Both the position numbers and the translations under genes were made by a program. The notes beneath the pieces were generated by a model. It was not told where the DNA came from. It worked only from the letters and a program-made list of their open reading frames with translations, and did not search any database. From Eledone cirrhosa (Eukaryota): DNA of 64,000 nucleotides. Each line of letters opens with the position of its first letter. Positions within the stretch are counted from its first letter, which is position 1. This document shows, in pieces, positions 42,008 through 57,179 of this stretch. The stretch spans positions 39,618,001 through 39,682,000 of the forward strand of contig OZ024755.1 of the NCBI GenBank assembly GCA_964016885.1, read 5' to 3'.

Positions 42008-43130
42008 TACAAGGTGGGCCATATTATTGAAAGCAAATTTTTGAAATTTGATTTCTAAAAGTGTTGTAAGTATATCATGATTCTTTTTATTTTCGGGTTA
42101 AAACATTAAACTATGTAAACATATTGGAGTTTGTATTTCTTAAAGAATTTGAAAATGTCATCTAATTGAGAAATTATACTCAAACTTCATAACACAGGGA
42201 GATCAGATTCGGATATTGCAAGGTTACTTACGGTTGCAAGATCTACTATTTAGAAAGCTGTGAAGCAATTTATAGAGTAAGGAGACTTGTCGGATAGAGG
42301 CCGGATTGGAAGACCGCAAATTAAACGACCTAAACGAACTCCTACTCTCATGAAAGCCGTTGGAGAAGGGCTAACAAGAAATCCGAAATGGTCCATGAGA
42401 AAAATGGCAAAAGAGGTCCGAGTAAGCCCTGGGACAATGTGAAGGATCATCAATAAGGACTTGGGAATGTCTTCCCTCACCCTTCAATAGAGACAAATCC
42501 TTTCTGAAAAGAGAAGACAATCAAGGCCAGAGAGAAGCAAGAATTTTCTTAAAGCATTGAAACGTAGCATGGCGGAGGAAATTGTCTGGTCAGATGAAAA
42601 GATTTTCACTGTTGAGCAGACACACAACCAAAGAAACGATCGAGTCACTGAAAAGAAAACATCACCAATCAGTGTTGTCCAAAATCTGTATTTCATACAA
42701 TGAAACCAGCTTCTATTATATTCTACAGAAGTAGAAACAATTATATTCTGGGGGAGCTGTTTTATCTTCGAAGTCTCCTATTATTTTTGTGGAAGGAAGG
42801 ACAAAGATCAGCTCCAAATCTAACATAAACGGTATTCTGGAGCCTATACTGTTTCTACAAATAAATATTTTGACAATGATTATTCGTGGAACTTCCAACA
42901 CTATGGAGCCGCTTCCTCCCATACAGCAAATGTCACACAAGTTTGGAGCAGAGACCATTTCCCGAGGTTCTGGTCAAAAGAAATGTTCGCTTGATTTGAA
43001 CTCCTTGGACTTTTCCTGTATGGTCTGTCCTTGAAGAAAAAGTATGTTCAAAATCCATAAGAGAGCCAATAATTCAAAGGTATCCCTACTGAGAAGTTCG
43101 GTGAAAGATGTTCGATGGAAGTTAGACTGC
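42008..43130 (+). mobile_element. Tc1/mariner-superfamily transposase pseudogene
   Basis: RNPKWSMRKMAKEVRVS, IVWSDEKIFTVEQTHNQRNDRV, FQHYGAASSH and SLDLNSLDFS motifs, with stops and frameshifts. Confidence 0.85.
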
Positions 43131-43404
43131 TGCTATATACATATATACATATACATGCATACATATATATACATATACATGCATACATACATATACACAT
43201 ATATACATATACATGCATACATACATATACATGCATACATACATATACACATATATACATATACATGCATACATGTATATATTCATATATACATATACAT
43301 GCATACATATACAGTATATACCTATACATGCATACACATATATACACATATATACATATAAATAAATAATTATACATACATATACATGCATATATACATA
43401 TATA

Positions 43405-43445
<41 letters not shown>

Positions 43446-43487
43446 GATATTAAATAAATGGAAACTATATTTATAAAACCATATTTA

Positions 43488-43549
43488 TTTCATTATATAT
43501 ATTTCAGGGATATCATATTAACAATATGTTATGCCTTCCTCAGACAAAA
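43488..43549 (-). ncRNA. Type I hammerhead ribozyme (AUAUAU family)
   Basis: UUUUGU-CUGAGGA-AGGcAUAACAUAUU/guu/AAUAUGAUAUcCCU-GAAA-UAUAUA-UA|AUGAAA. Confidence 0.78.
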
Positions 43550-44420
43550 TACAATATAGACAGTTTTATAGATAAATAGATTTGACATACCGTTCAACAT
43601 CGACTTGTATTTGAAAAAGTTGATTTGGCAGTGAAAAATTGTAAACAGAAAGAAAGAAAGAGAGAAGGAAGGAAAGAAAGAAAGAAAACGAAGAAAAAGA
43701 AGAAAAAGAAGAAATGAATGCAACAAAATAGAGAGATGGAAAGATAGATAAAGAGAAGAACTTCATGTAAAGAAACAGAGAGAGATATATATAGAGAGAG
43801 GAAATAGATAGAGATAGATATATATAGAGAAAAGTAGGTAGTTGGACATCCGTTGAATGACGTATTAATGATACATTTATTTATTTATTTATTTATTTAG
43901 CTCTAGTATTAATGTAAGGGAGATATATGTGGTTAGGAGAGAAACCAGCCGTTATATAGAGAGAAAAATGAAAAGTAACCAGACATAGGCGAGGCAGAAT
44001 TTAAACCCTATGTTTTAATGTAGAAATATTAGTTCGTATAAAAACCAGGCACTATAATGTAAATATCAGTATTCAGGAATACTGATCGAATTATCTTTTT
44101 TCATATGGTGTAATACACTTTAGGTGAGGTCATGACCCTTTGAAAGGAATGGTTGAAGGGTCTTAGTAGAATTGGCATAAACATCTATTAGGAAGGAAGG
44201 GGATTGTCAAAGTGATAGTTGAATGTATCTGCTATAGTGAATTTAAAAGGAATGTCATAATTGTTTCTACTATAGGCACAAGGCCAGCAAATACCTAGTG
44301 CATTACTGGTACTTGTCATAATAAATGGTGAATAGTGTTGTATTGAGTTTTAAGGTGAATATATTTTAATGTTATGGCTAGGAAAGATAGTATATTAAAA
44401 GATGAAAATTATAATAAGAT

Positions 44421-44606
44421 AATTGTTTCTACTTTAGGCACAAGGCCATCAATTACCCAGTACATTACTGGTACTTTATTTTATCGACCCCGTAAGGATA
44501 AAAGGCAAAGTTAACCTCGGCGGGATTTGAATTCAAAATGTAAAGGGACGTAACTATGCTAGAAAGCATGGCGTCCGGCCCTCTACCGATGCCGCCAATC
44601 GACCAC
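44421..44606 (-). mobile_element. tRNA-derived SINE (plus a fragment at 44260-44314)
   Basis: Consensus match; AATAAGATAA flanking duplication. Confidence 0.85.
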
Positions 44607-45328
44607 CCAATAAGATAACGAGATATAGTAATGCGATAATATACAACTTAACCAACACAATATAGTACTGTGTGGTAAATTGCATTTAGTATAATATAGC
44701 ATATTATACGCTCTAAAATACTACCAAGTATGTTTATGCATAAATAATCAAACTCAGATAAATACATGTTGGCATTGTTAAAACACATAAATTTCATAGT
44801 CTACAAAGTGCATATATCCACACTATATACATAGAGAGGTACAGTTATATTGATATCCAACCAAAAATATGCATACGTACAAATAGATACAAACCTAAAT
44901 ACACATCTACACGCATGCATATAATCATATATATACATATCCATACGTACACATCTATACCCACATATATACATATATATATATATATACACACAGACTC
45001 ATACATATATATATACATACATATACACACACACATACATAAATACACATATACATACACACATACACACATATATATATATATACGCATATATATAAAC
45101 ATATATATATATATATATATATATACAAAACACACACACACACACACACATAAATACACACGTGTGATTATATGTACACTTCTCTTACATGTGCACATAC
45201 TCATATATAAACATTCATACACCTAGACTCACATATACACACGCACAAACACACACACACACATATATTTGATATATATTATCCTTATCGAGCCCTATTT
45301 GGATTTTAGTCTTCAAATTTATTATTAT

Positions 45329-45383
<55 letters not shown>

Positions 45384-45771
45384 CATATAAATACACATAC
45401 ACATATACATATACAAGCATACATATATACACATATACACATACATAAATATATATACATATATTTATATATATATATATATATACAAATATACACACAC
45501 ATAAATATATTTCCATATTATACATAGATGTATATTTTTACTCATGCAATTACGGGTCGTTGTGTATCTTGTTACCTTTAGTCATTAACGCATAAATCTA
45601 AGTAAGCTAAGACATTAAAAGGCAAAAATAAGCATGATTGCATATAATTAGGGGACAGAGGTACGAATAAATGTTATTCTATACGGAATTATAGTGAGTT
45701 GCTATTTAGAATATTTAATTAGGTTTATAGTATTTAAATGTTTTTCGTATACGGTGATTACAAACTATACG

Positions 45772-45830
<59 letters not shown>

Positions 45831-45848
45831 GTATAGTTTGTAATCACC

Positions 45849-45936
<88 letters not shown>

Positions 45937-46698
45937 GTATATATATATGTATATATATATATATACATGCATATGTATATGTATATATATATATATACAT
46001 ATGTATATATATATATATATATATATACATACATATGTATATATATATATATATATATATGTGTATGTATTTATTTATCTTAAGAAAGAATGAGTGGAAC
46101 AACAACAACACCCAAACAAACAACACTGACCTAAGAGAAGTATAAATAAGTAAATAAAATAAAATAAAATAAGATAAATAAATACATACACAAGCACAAT
46201 AACAACAAGCACATAAACACACACTAGTCACCCAGCAGACACAACACTATACACACTAGTCACACAGCAAACATAACACTATACACACACAAAAACGCAT
46301 GCGCAAAGAAGACCAAATAAAATAAACAAACAAGCAAATAAATAAATAAATATATAGACAGACTGAATAAAAAATGGCGGAGACATACAACACAACAGGA
46401 GGAAAAAATATAACACCACTGACGATGTTGCAGATGTGCAACGAAAGATTTATGTAAATTATGTAAACTATATATATGTGTTTGTGTCTATATTGTATCT
46501 GTATTATTTTTGACCGTCGGTCAGTCAATGGCAACATTGAGGACCGAGTATGTTAGATCGCAGATATAAAAGACAGCGAGAAGCGAAACCCAACCAAACA
46601 GTGAGTGTGTTCTGTTATTAATTCTGGCAATATTACACAAATATGACCCTCCCCAAGTATAACAATATATATATATATATATACACATATGCAGATAC

Positions 46699-46831
<133 letters not shown>

Positions 46832-46885
46832 ATTATAATGAAATGACAGGAGGCTGGATTTGTTTAAATCCTTGAAAGGTTTATT

Positions 46886-46943
46886 ATACTATGATCATTT
46901 CAATGACCGGGTTCCGTGTGAATCCGGTGATATCATCAGGTAT
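46886..46943 (-). ncRNA. Type I hammerhead ribozyme
   Basis: AUAC-CUGAUGA-uaucACCGG..CCGGUcauu-GAAAU-GAUC-AUA|GUAU, with palindromic AUGAUCAU. The 3' part is also present at 961-1025 (+). Confidence 0.75.
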
Positions 46944-47309
46944 TCGAAATATAATACGTGAATGTAATAGGTAAAATCCATGGGGCTGAAAATCGAGACC
47001 CGAGGGCGACCGCTATTCTGTTCCTTCAACCTCAGCCGGTCGCCCTGGAGTGACGTGGCTAAATTTTATAGTATGCTACTACCGGTCAGATGAACGAAAA
47101 CAGAAAGAGATGGGAGCATAGGTTAACGTCGATCCCATGACACAAGGTAAAAGAAAGAAAGGAAGGAGAAGAAGGGGGAAGAAAGAAGAAGAGAAGTCAG
47201 GGTTAATGTCAGCTAAAAGAGGAAGGTAACTACTACTGGTCAGATATAGGCAAGCAAGAGGGGGAAGGAAGATAAGTCTGCAGGGAGGAGGAGAGGAGAG
47301 AAGGAAGGG

Positions 47310-48243
47310 AAGAGAGAAGTAGAAAAGTAAGGGTTGATGGCTACAAGAAGGAAGATAGAAAGGAAGAGGAAGAAAGGTCGATATTAATGTCAGACCACAG
47401 TCAAGCCAGGAGTGGCGCGAGAAAATTTTCACAGGGACCCGCATCTTAGCGGAGATGGATATATTGGGAGTCAGTGTTTTACAGTGTTTAGACTTCTAGG
47501 ATGAAGTTAAAAACATTTAATAATCAATATTCAATATTAAAGAGGTTAGAAAATTTAAAGTTCAACAGTTTAACAATTAATTATATAATAGTTCCGATTT
47601 GTTCTGTAATTTAAAGGTACTATTTGGCGGTTAAAACAACGGCCGCGCCCCGGGCCCCATGGCGAACTAAGCCACGCCGAGTATTTTCATTTACTGAAAG
47701 AAAGGGAAATTTATTTTTCCAAGCACTCTAGGTGAGCTCGTTCGCCACGGAGCTGGTCGCGCCGCCATCAAAACCCACCCAACAGTCCGACAGAAAGTTG
47801 GAACTTTAAAATTTAGCTTAGAGAAGTAAAAGAGTAATGGTTGATAGCTACAAGAAGGAAGATAGAAAGAGAGAGGAAGGAAGGTCGATATTAATGTCAC
47901 ACCACAGTCGGGCCAGGAGTGGCGCGACAAAATTTTCACAGGGACTCGCATCTTAGCAGAGGTGAATATATTGGGGGTCAGTGTGTTACAATGTTTAGAC
48001 TTATAGGATGAGGTTAAAAAATTAATAAATTAATAATCAATATTCCATATTAAAGAGGTTAGAAAACTCAACAGTTTCAGGTTGATATATATAATAGTTC
48101 CGATTTGTTCTGTAATTTAAAGGTACTATTTGGCGGTTAAAACACCGGCCGCGCCCCAGGCCCCATGGCTAATTAAGCCACGCCGAGTATTTTCATTTAC
48201 TGAAAGAAGGGGAATTTATTTTTCCAAGCACTCCAGGTGAGCC
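47310..48243. repeat. Diverged ~510-bp-period direct duplication with a short inverted spacer
   Basis: 47311-47737 matches 47820-48243. 47738-47818 resembles the inverse of ~47555-47667. Confidence 0.75.
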
Positions 48244-48768
48244 CATATCTGTGGTACTGTGGTAATATACCATATCTGTGGTACTGTGGTATCGAATCTG
48301 GGATAACCTATTTTCTTTTTCTTTTTTCATGAAAGTGCATATATACTTATGTATTTCAATTTTTTTTAAAGTTTTTATCTCAGTTCTGATTATAAACCTA
48401 GGAATTTTAAACTAGACATATGATCATTATTTTTCACACATTATTGATACGTGTCTCATTCATGAATACTGATATTTACATTATAATACCTAATTCATAC
48501 GAATTGATATTTTAGATTGATGAAACATAATGTTTTAAATCTGCCTCGTTTATCTCTGGATATTTTTCTTTTCTCTCTATGTAACGGCTGTTTTTTCTCC
48601 TAACCACATATATCTCTCTCTACCTTAATACTAGAACTAAATAAATAAATAAATAAATAAATATATCATTGATACGTCATTCAACTGGTGCCCAACTACC
48701 TATTTTTCTCTCTCTCTATCTCTATCTATATCTATCTCTCTCTATTTTTTCTCTCTCTCTCTCTCTTT

Positions 48769-48801
<33 letters not shown>

Positions 48802-49069
48802 CTGTTTTTTCTCTCTCTATCTATCTCTCTCTGTTTTTTCTTTACATGAATTTCTTGTCTCTATCTATCTCTCTATATCTATCTCTCTCTGTTTTTCGTT
48901 GCATGCATTTCTTCTTTTTTCTTCGCTTTCTTTCTTTCTTTCTTTTTTTTTCTTTTTTTTTTCTCTATAACTGTCCCTAACATTTTTCACTACCAAATCA
49001 ACTTTTTAAATGGAAGTCGAAGTGTAAGGTATGTCAAATATATCTATTTATAAGACTGTTTATATTGTA

Positions 49070-49131
49070 TTTTGTCTGATGAAGGCATACCATATTTTTA
49101 ATATGATATCCCTGTAATATATATAATGAAA
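49070..49131 (+). ncRNA. Mutated HHR (GAAA>GUAA), AUAUAU family
   Basis: The host fragment ~48890-49262 is an inverted homolog of ~43444-43730. Confidence 0.65.
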
Positions 49132-49421
49132 TAAATATGGTTTTATAAATAAAGTTTCCATTTATTTAATATCGTAAATATACTCCAAATACTTGTTGAG
49201 TGCTTTTATATCAGTTATAAATATTTACTCGTCGTAACCCAACAATTTAAATAAAACTTTGCATATATAAATATATATATATATACATACATATGTATAT
49301 GTATATATATATATATATACATATGTATATGTATATATATATACATACATATATATATACATATATATATATATACATATTTATCTGCATATGTATATAT
49401 ATATATGTATATGTGTGTGTA

Positions 49422-49462
<41 letters not shown>

Positions 49463-49489
49463 TAAAAAAATGATTTAAATATCTACCTG

Positions 49490-50098
<609 letters not shown>

Positions 50099-50140
50099 GT
50101 GTGTGTGTGTGTGTGTATATATATTATTATTTCTGAAGAT

Positions 50141-50264
50141 TATTTCTGAAGACAGCATATATATGTGAGGGTATGTATATTTCCTCTGATAGTTTGTAAT
50201 ATTTTTACATAGATATATATGATATACATACCAACACACATATCCTAGAAACGATCGTAAAATG
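50141..50264 (+). ncRNA. Hammerhead-like motif with long stem II
   Basis: UAUUU-CUGAAGA-..AUAUGUG...CACAUAU..-GAAAC-GAUC-GUA|AAAUG, with palindromic ACGAUCGU. Confidence 0.6.
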
Positions 50265-50452
50265 ATGATCTTTTTAATATAATGAACTTGTTCTTTGTTT
50301 TTATTCATTGTTTTTATTAATTTATCTTGACTCTGTTTTCCTGAGATTTTCATCGAAAATTTTTGAATGCATCCTCTCTTTTCATGATATTTGGATTACA
50401 TTGAGTTCTTCATACGGATTGGACACTACCGTATATTTTGGTAGATTTATCT

Positions 50453-50532
<80 letters not shown>

Positions 50533-50814
50533 GAATATATATCTTTACTTATTCTCAGTTATGTCAAAATACCGAAATTAACGTGATGTTGGGATATTGT
50601 CGAGTCCAAACTAGCTGAAGATTATTATGGTTTTTGCCCCGGAGATAGCACAGCCGGCCACATATTTACAAAACACTGGTTTGATTTGGTTTTTATAACT
50701 TTTCTCTATTTCTAACTTGCATTGTACTAGCTTTCCATACACACATACATAGATAGACAAACATGGATACACACGCATACCTAAACACACATGCAAACAT
50801 ACATTAAGATTAGC

Positions 50815-50906
50815 GTTAACTTTGACTTCCATCCTTACGGGGTCGATGAAATAAAGTATCAGTAATGTACTGGGTATTTGCTGGCCTTGTGCCAAAAGTA
50901 GAAACA
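50815..50906 (+). mobile_element. 5'-truncated SINE with TSD
   Basis: ATTAAGATTAGCGTTAA at 50803-50819 and 50907-50923. Confidence 0.85.
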
Positions 50907-51176
50907 ATTAAGATTAGCGTTAATGAAAACATTTATGCTAACTAATGAGGTATCTGCAGATACTCCGCCCTAGCTCTACCTTTAAATTTGAATCTGTGAT
51001 TTGGTCGACACTGGGATATGTTAGTAACTGCCTCAGTACAAATCTTGAGAAGCTGGGATTCACACAACTAGACCACGGCTACTAAGGAAGTTAACTGTAC
51101 AATTCATTAATGGAAGTTTAGAAATATGTAAAACATTGCCGACATTTAGCATGTAATAACAGCTTATACATACATG

Positions 51177-51928
51177 CCTATCTATCTATCTAGGGCGGGT
51201 AAAATTCCCGAGATCCATGGACGAGTTCTCTCCAGCGGTCTCTGTCCCTCATTATTGCTGCCATGTCCTGCGTCTCCAACAGACCAGTATCTGGCCTTAG
51301 GGCATCAACATACGTTAACCTTGGTCTTCCTCTTCCAGTGTGTCCATGTAGGGCCTCCCACAGGAGCACTGAGTGCAATGTCAACTCAGTCTCCTCTGTA
51401 ACAGCTCTGAGTTTTTCATCCTCAGTGTATACTGATTAATGTTCAGAGCCATCCTCAGCATTCTCGTGTAGCACCCATCCACCATCTGAGTGATTTTCTT
51501 GGTCAGGACTTTGGCTTTACTGTAGCACCGGCTCAGAGCAGGAGAGATAAGGCGAAAAAGATATCAGATGCTGAATTTGCCGACGACATAGTTTTGGTGA
51601 CAAATACAGTGAAGGAGGCAATGGATTTGATGCAGGAGGTTGAGACTGTGTCGATGAGTGTGGGGCTGAGAATGAATGAGACTAAAACAAAATATCTTGT
51701 AGAGAATGTTGAGAAGCCAGAGGGGATCACTAATGTAGGCGGGAAGCCGCTAGAATTGGTTGAGGACTTCCTGTATTTGGGAGCAAAGATTGGGAATACG
51801 GAAGGTGGTTGAGAGGAAGAGCAAGGCCTGGGCGGTGTGCCACAGCTTGAGGTCGGTGTGGAAGTCGGACCTTCGTAGAGACCTGAAAATCCGCCTCTTC
51901 ATTGCTGTAGTGGAGTCTGTGCTGCTAT
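51177..51928 (-). mobile_element. RTE-clade LINE, 5'-truncated with a 5' inversion
   Basis: Minus strand: LTKKITQMVDGCYTRMLRMALNI..GRGRPRLTYVD..DRDRWR plus a (TAGA) tail. Plus strand ~51535-51928: FADDIVL..GLRMNETKTK..FLYLG..VVESVLLY. TSD TATACATACATG. Confidence 0.88.
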
Positions 51929-52504
51929 ACATACATGTATAGACACATAATTACACTATAACTCAACACATACAAATCCACACATACAATAACACCCGTA
52001 ACTGCATACACACGCATAACCTCACACACAAAGACACACACATTCAGGCATATATACCCCCACACGCACACACATACACACACATACACACACATACAGG
52101 CATACATACGCACACACACACACATACACATACAAGCATACATACCCCACACATAAACACACACACACACATACAGGCATACATACGCACGGACACACAC
52201 ACATGCACAAGTATTTAACATGTTGCCTAAATTCCAATGAAAGGTGTAATGTTACCATGTTAATTCCAATGAAAGACTCTTGTGTCTTGTTAGAAACTGA
52301 CTCTCTATTGGGAAAACTTTATAGAATTATGAAACCAGAACAACAGCATACACACACATACATACACACACACATAATACACACACACATACATACACAC
52401 ACACATACAAACATACTTACATACATACACACACATACTCACTTACATACATGGTGGCTGCCAACTCGTTTTCGAGTACGGCCACTACTTTATATCCATG
52501 TAGG

Positions 52505-52850
52505 AGAACCCCCACCGATGCGCTGAACGAGTGTGACTTTTTAGTCCAGCCAGCAACTTGAAAAATCTGGTACAAACACTGCACTTATGACAATTATTGA
52601 CACAGTGCTGGGCCCATGGTACCATGTGACGACAAGTGCAGAAAGATCTCCAGATATAAAGCAATGCCTGTGCCGTGAAGCTTTTATAGTGAGCAAAGGC
52701 ACTGCACAAAGCCAGTCCCACTCTCTTAACCAAGATGATATTTACCAAAAAGAAGAACAAGTCAACATCATTGGATACCATCAGGGTTGCAGGTGTTATA
52801 TCAGAGTTTTCCTTCTCCTAGAATTCTGCCTTGACAAAGGCTAAGGGGTC
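52505..52850 (-). mobile_element. RTE-like LINE C-terminal fragment
   Basis: CSVCTRFFKLLAGLKSHTRSAH (C2H2 end typical of RTE/BovB-like ORFs). Confidence 0.6.
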
Positions 52851-53005
52851 ATCTCTCCCGACTTACATACATACACACATACATACACACATACATGCGC
52901 ATAGTGATAGGAGATGGATAAATCTGTACACATGTTCGCATGCATGTGTGTGTGTGTGTGTGAGAGAGAGGAGAGAGAGAGGGAGAGAGAGAGAAGAGAG
53001 AGAGA

Positions 53006-53071
<66 letters not shown>

Positions 53072-54184
53072 CCGCTCGTTCAATTCATGAGTTTGACCTC
53101 TCCTGCTATATAGGTGTATTCTGGTTCCTGTATATCTTCTATAAATTTTAAATCTGTACGATAGGCTGAGAATGTGGAACATATCCCAGTATAAAATCTA
53201 CTGAATTACATATTTATAGAAGAGAGGCAGTGAGGACATATGGAGATGGACTATAATCGTATTCCCTCCCATATCTTTTGATGAAAACTTCATCAAGTTC
53301 ACACATTGAATCAATTACTTCAGAATTACTAGAACGCTTCAACAGAAACAGTCTTTTATCTATTTATTTATTGGTTTCTGTCGTATGTAATCACTGTTGC
53401 TTTATCTATCTAGATATAAGATTACAAATCTTGCTGATAAAATTATGTAAGATATCGCCACAGGAGAAACATCTTGTACTTCATCTCAAACCTGAAGATA
53501 GACTTTTTTTTTTTAGTAATGGAGGGGAACGTGGTGTCTATATGACCAACGTCATAGTAAACCAATAAACACTTTCGCCAAATAATTCTCATGTTCATAT
53601 AGTTATATTACATACGTAGCCTTCTACAAGCAACATTCCTTTGCATCATATTTTCCTCTTCAATTAAAGCAGTTATTTGACAAATGTCGCCGTGTCCAAT
53701 TTCACATTTATCAATGTCAAAATAGTCATCCTTTATGTGTTTCGATTTCTGGACTTCCATCGGTTCCGGTGATGAGTGTTCTAGTTATCTATATATTATA
53801 AAGGGAGGCGTGCGGGACTGTGACCTGTTTATATATTTGTTGTCCCTTTAGTAAAATAAGTTGGATTACTTTGAATAAATAATGAATGAATAATTTATGT
53901 ACTAAATTTTGTAACTCTTGATTAAACATAAATAATTGTATTGCTTATTTCAAGATTCACTTCTTTTAAAAGTTTCAAATGTCAACACTTCCGGTATATC
54001 ACCACCACTTCTGATATATCACCAACACTTCCGGTATATCACCACCACCACTACTTTAACTGCCATATATATAGACAGAGCGATAAAGAAAGAGATATAG
54101 ATATCTTTTACACACACATACATTCACTTAAACACATGCACACGTTGTGTGACGGACGGGCAGAAGTCGCTCAAATTTATATAC

Positions 54185-54755
54185 ATGTGAATGGAGTTCC
54201 ACTGAGAAGTTCAAGTATCTGGGGCCATATTCATGAGTGATGGAAGGCAGGAGGCTGAATTAAGTGCAAGAATTGCAGGAGCTAATGCACTAATGCGCCA
54301 GTTTCAGCATTCAGTAATCATAAGAAGGAAGGTAAGTGTAAAATCCAAACTTGCTCTCTTCTTGGAATTCCTGCCAACACTTACCGAGGGTCATGAACCT
54401 TGAGTAATGACCGAAATAATACGATTACAAATACAAGCGGCCGAAATGGGGTTCCTCCGAAGGGTCTTTGGCGCGTAGCTCAGAGATCAGAGAGTCACTC
54501 CTGGTAGAGCCGCTACTTCTCCGATACTATGGGCATGTGGTTAGAAGATTTTGCAGGCAAAACCAACCGACAGGAGATCCAGAGGTAAACCGTGGGCAAG
54601 ATAGTTGGATTACATCCATGAGCTTGGATGGTCACACTTTGAGATCCAGCTGCATCCGTTAGAGATGTTTGATCATGATAGACTCGCTGTAAGGAGTGTT
54701 TGAGTAGGACTCTGCTCTCACGACCCTCTCAAAAATAAGTGGGTGAAGAAGAAGA
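54185..54755 (+). mobile_element. RTE-clade LINE 3' fragment
   Basis: KFKYLG..RIAGANALMR, IQAAEMGFLRRV remnants and a (GAA)n tail. Related pieces at 22893-22944 and 56885-57090. Confidence 0.75.
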
Positions 54756-55447
54756 AATTGTCAATTTACTTTTCAATTTACATATCATATCTATATGCAT
54801 ATATATTTGCGTATAATACCAATATACACAACCGAAGGGCGGTTCTTCTGCTAGTTTGATTAATGGAACAGCCTGCTTTTGAGATTAACGTGCAGGTATC
54901 TGAGCCCCCCCCCCTCCACACACACGTTTACACTTACGTAGTTCTCAGAGATTCAGAGTAACAAGTGTGGGATGAAAGAACTTCAGTCAACCGAGTAAAT
55001 AAGAACAGCGTCAAATTAATCGTTTTATTCAAGAACACAACACATGAGATGGAGTCGAACTTACGGCCTTGCGATCCTCTGTCTAACACCCTTAACCACT
55101 AAGTCAAGAGCCGTCAGGTATATATACAATACAACCTGTCGCCGGGAATCGAATTCAAGACCTTACAATTGGGAATCAAATACCCTAACCACTAAGCTAC
55201 GCAACTTCTCTATCAACAGGATAATTCACAGTTAACTAACGCCCTTTATCTTTAAAGTTAAATACCGTCAATTCTTTTGTCGTGCTCAAGTTAACAGCTT
55301 TTTGAAAGATATACCTCACATTCAGAATTGACAAAAATATATCAGGGAATATTCAATATTTCCTATCAAAATAATCGGTCAATTTTCCGGTTAAATGTCA
55401 CTGCAAACTTTATTTCAGGGAGAGAGAGGGTGTTGTTATATGGTAAC

Positions 55448-55628
55448 GGTGGATTGGCAGTATCGGTAGAGGGTCGGACGCCATGCTTTCCAGCATAGTT
55501 ATGTCCCTTTACGATCTGAGTTCAAATCCCGTCGAGGTTGACTTTGCCTTTCATCCTTACGGGGTCGATAAAATAAAGTACCAGTAATGCACTGGGTAAT
55601 TGCTGGCCTTGTGCCTAAAGTAGAAACA
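55448..55628 (+). mobile_element. tRNA-derived SINE with 13-bp TSD
   Basis: GTTATATGGTAAC at 55435-55447 and 55629-55641. Confidence 0.9.
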
Positions 55629-55839
55629 GTTATATGGTAACCCCGACTGTGAAGGAACAACCGAAGCAGATACATTTAATACATGAATTTATAAGCTTGT
55701 TTTATGTGTTTATTTTGGGGTCCCACAAGTAACAGCACAATTCAATGTTGCTACCCTAGTGATGTGGGTCCGAACGAAGTAGCGAACGTTCTCTTGTATG
55801 TGGCGGCTCAAGCACTGGGGCCTCGTGGTCCCAGCGGAG

Positions 55840-56012
55840 GACAGAATGGAGAAAACGTTGCCCAGGAGGATGGTGAAGGAGACTTGATGGAATAACCACT
55901 CCAACTGGTGAGAGCTTGTTCCTGCCAGTGATAGTACTGAGCAGTGAGGTAGTCTGGGGCCCCAGAACACCAGAGGTTTCTACTGCTATAGGTTCAACTA
56001 CAAACCTATCGT
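55840..56012 (-). mobile_element. Restriction-like-endonuclease C-terminus of a CRE-like non-LTR element
   Basis: FVVEPIAVETSGVLGPQTTSLLSTI..WLFHQVSFTILLGNVFSIL, split by a frameshift. Confidence 0.6.
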
Positions 56013-57179
56013 AGGGCGACAAATATTTCGATAATTTGCCTTCTTCGGCCTATAAAGACAACATTGTAAAGCAGCTCCATGCTAGAGTGTGTAGGATGAT
56101 AAGTCAGCATGACTATGACTAGACCACATCTCGATATACCCAAGCAAAATAAAAACAAGTAAATGATAAATGAAAAACATAGTTGTCTCTGATTGAGACG
56201 AAGCAGGAATGTATTTATATACATACATCGCTAGAGTACCCGTTAAAATAGCCAAATGCTCTTTCAATCTTGTCTATGTTTCATGTGTCTGTCGCCCACC
56301 TCGTAGATTGTCTCTCTGTCGACCATTGACCACTGATCTCTGTCCCCTGAGGTATTTTTGACCATCGCTGTCGTTGACAGCATTTGGCTGTTTTAATGTT
56401 CTAACGATGTTCTAACGATGAATTCTCTCATTTTTATATTGTAAGTAAAAGATAATTTGAATAAGAATCGGTAGTCTATTTATGGTAGATTGTGTATTTA
56501 TTGTTACGTAGGCTGGCAAGGGGAGAATATGAGGGATGTTGAGAGGATGCTAAATAGTAATATCTCATTAAAATCTGAGAAAACATTTAATGTTAATAAC
56601 CTCTATGCCATTAATTATTGAAATATATAGAATTAGGAGCAAATAATATGTAACGCCAGTATCTAGAAAGAAGTTAATGATTCATGAGATTTAGAGTAGA
56701 AGAAATATTGTTCGGTGTGTAGTTTTACCTTGTTTGAGGAAAGGTGCTGCTGAATACCGTTCATAATCCTTGTTAATTATACAACTAGAAAAGGAATTTA
56801 TACAGGGTGACGCAGAAATACCTGCCACATGTTAACGGTTGATCGTGTAAAATATGGGAGGTTTTTCTGTCTCAGCAAAGAATCGCTGGACAGATTTTAC
56901 GAGCAAAACTAACCGACAGAAGACCTAGGGGTAGATCCTGAGCAAGATGGTTGGATAACATCCATGAGCTGGACTGACCTCGCTTGGGAATCCAGCCGGA
57001 TCAAATGGAGACGGTTACTTCTCACAGGATCCACTGGAAGGATTGTGTCAGGACTCTGTCCCCACACCCTCTCAGGAAGTGGGTGAAGAAAAATAAAAAG
57101 AAAAAAAGAAAAAAACAAAAGAGAGAAAGAAGAATAATTTGTGTGAGACAGTGTATGATACGGCTTGACCTTTCAATTT

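Noticed and set aside
53150-53770. Possible degenerate coding or integrase-like sequence
   Set aside because: No motif set could be assembled with confidence.
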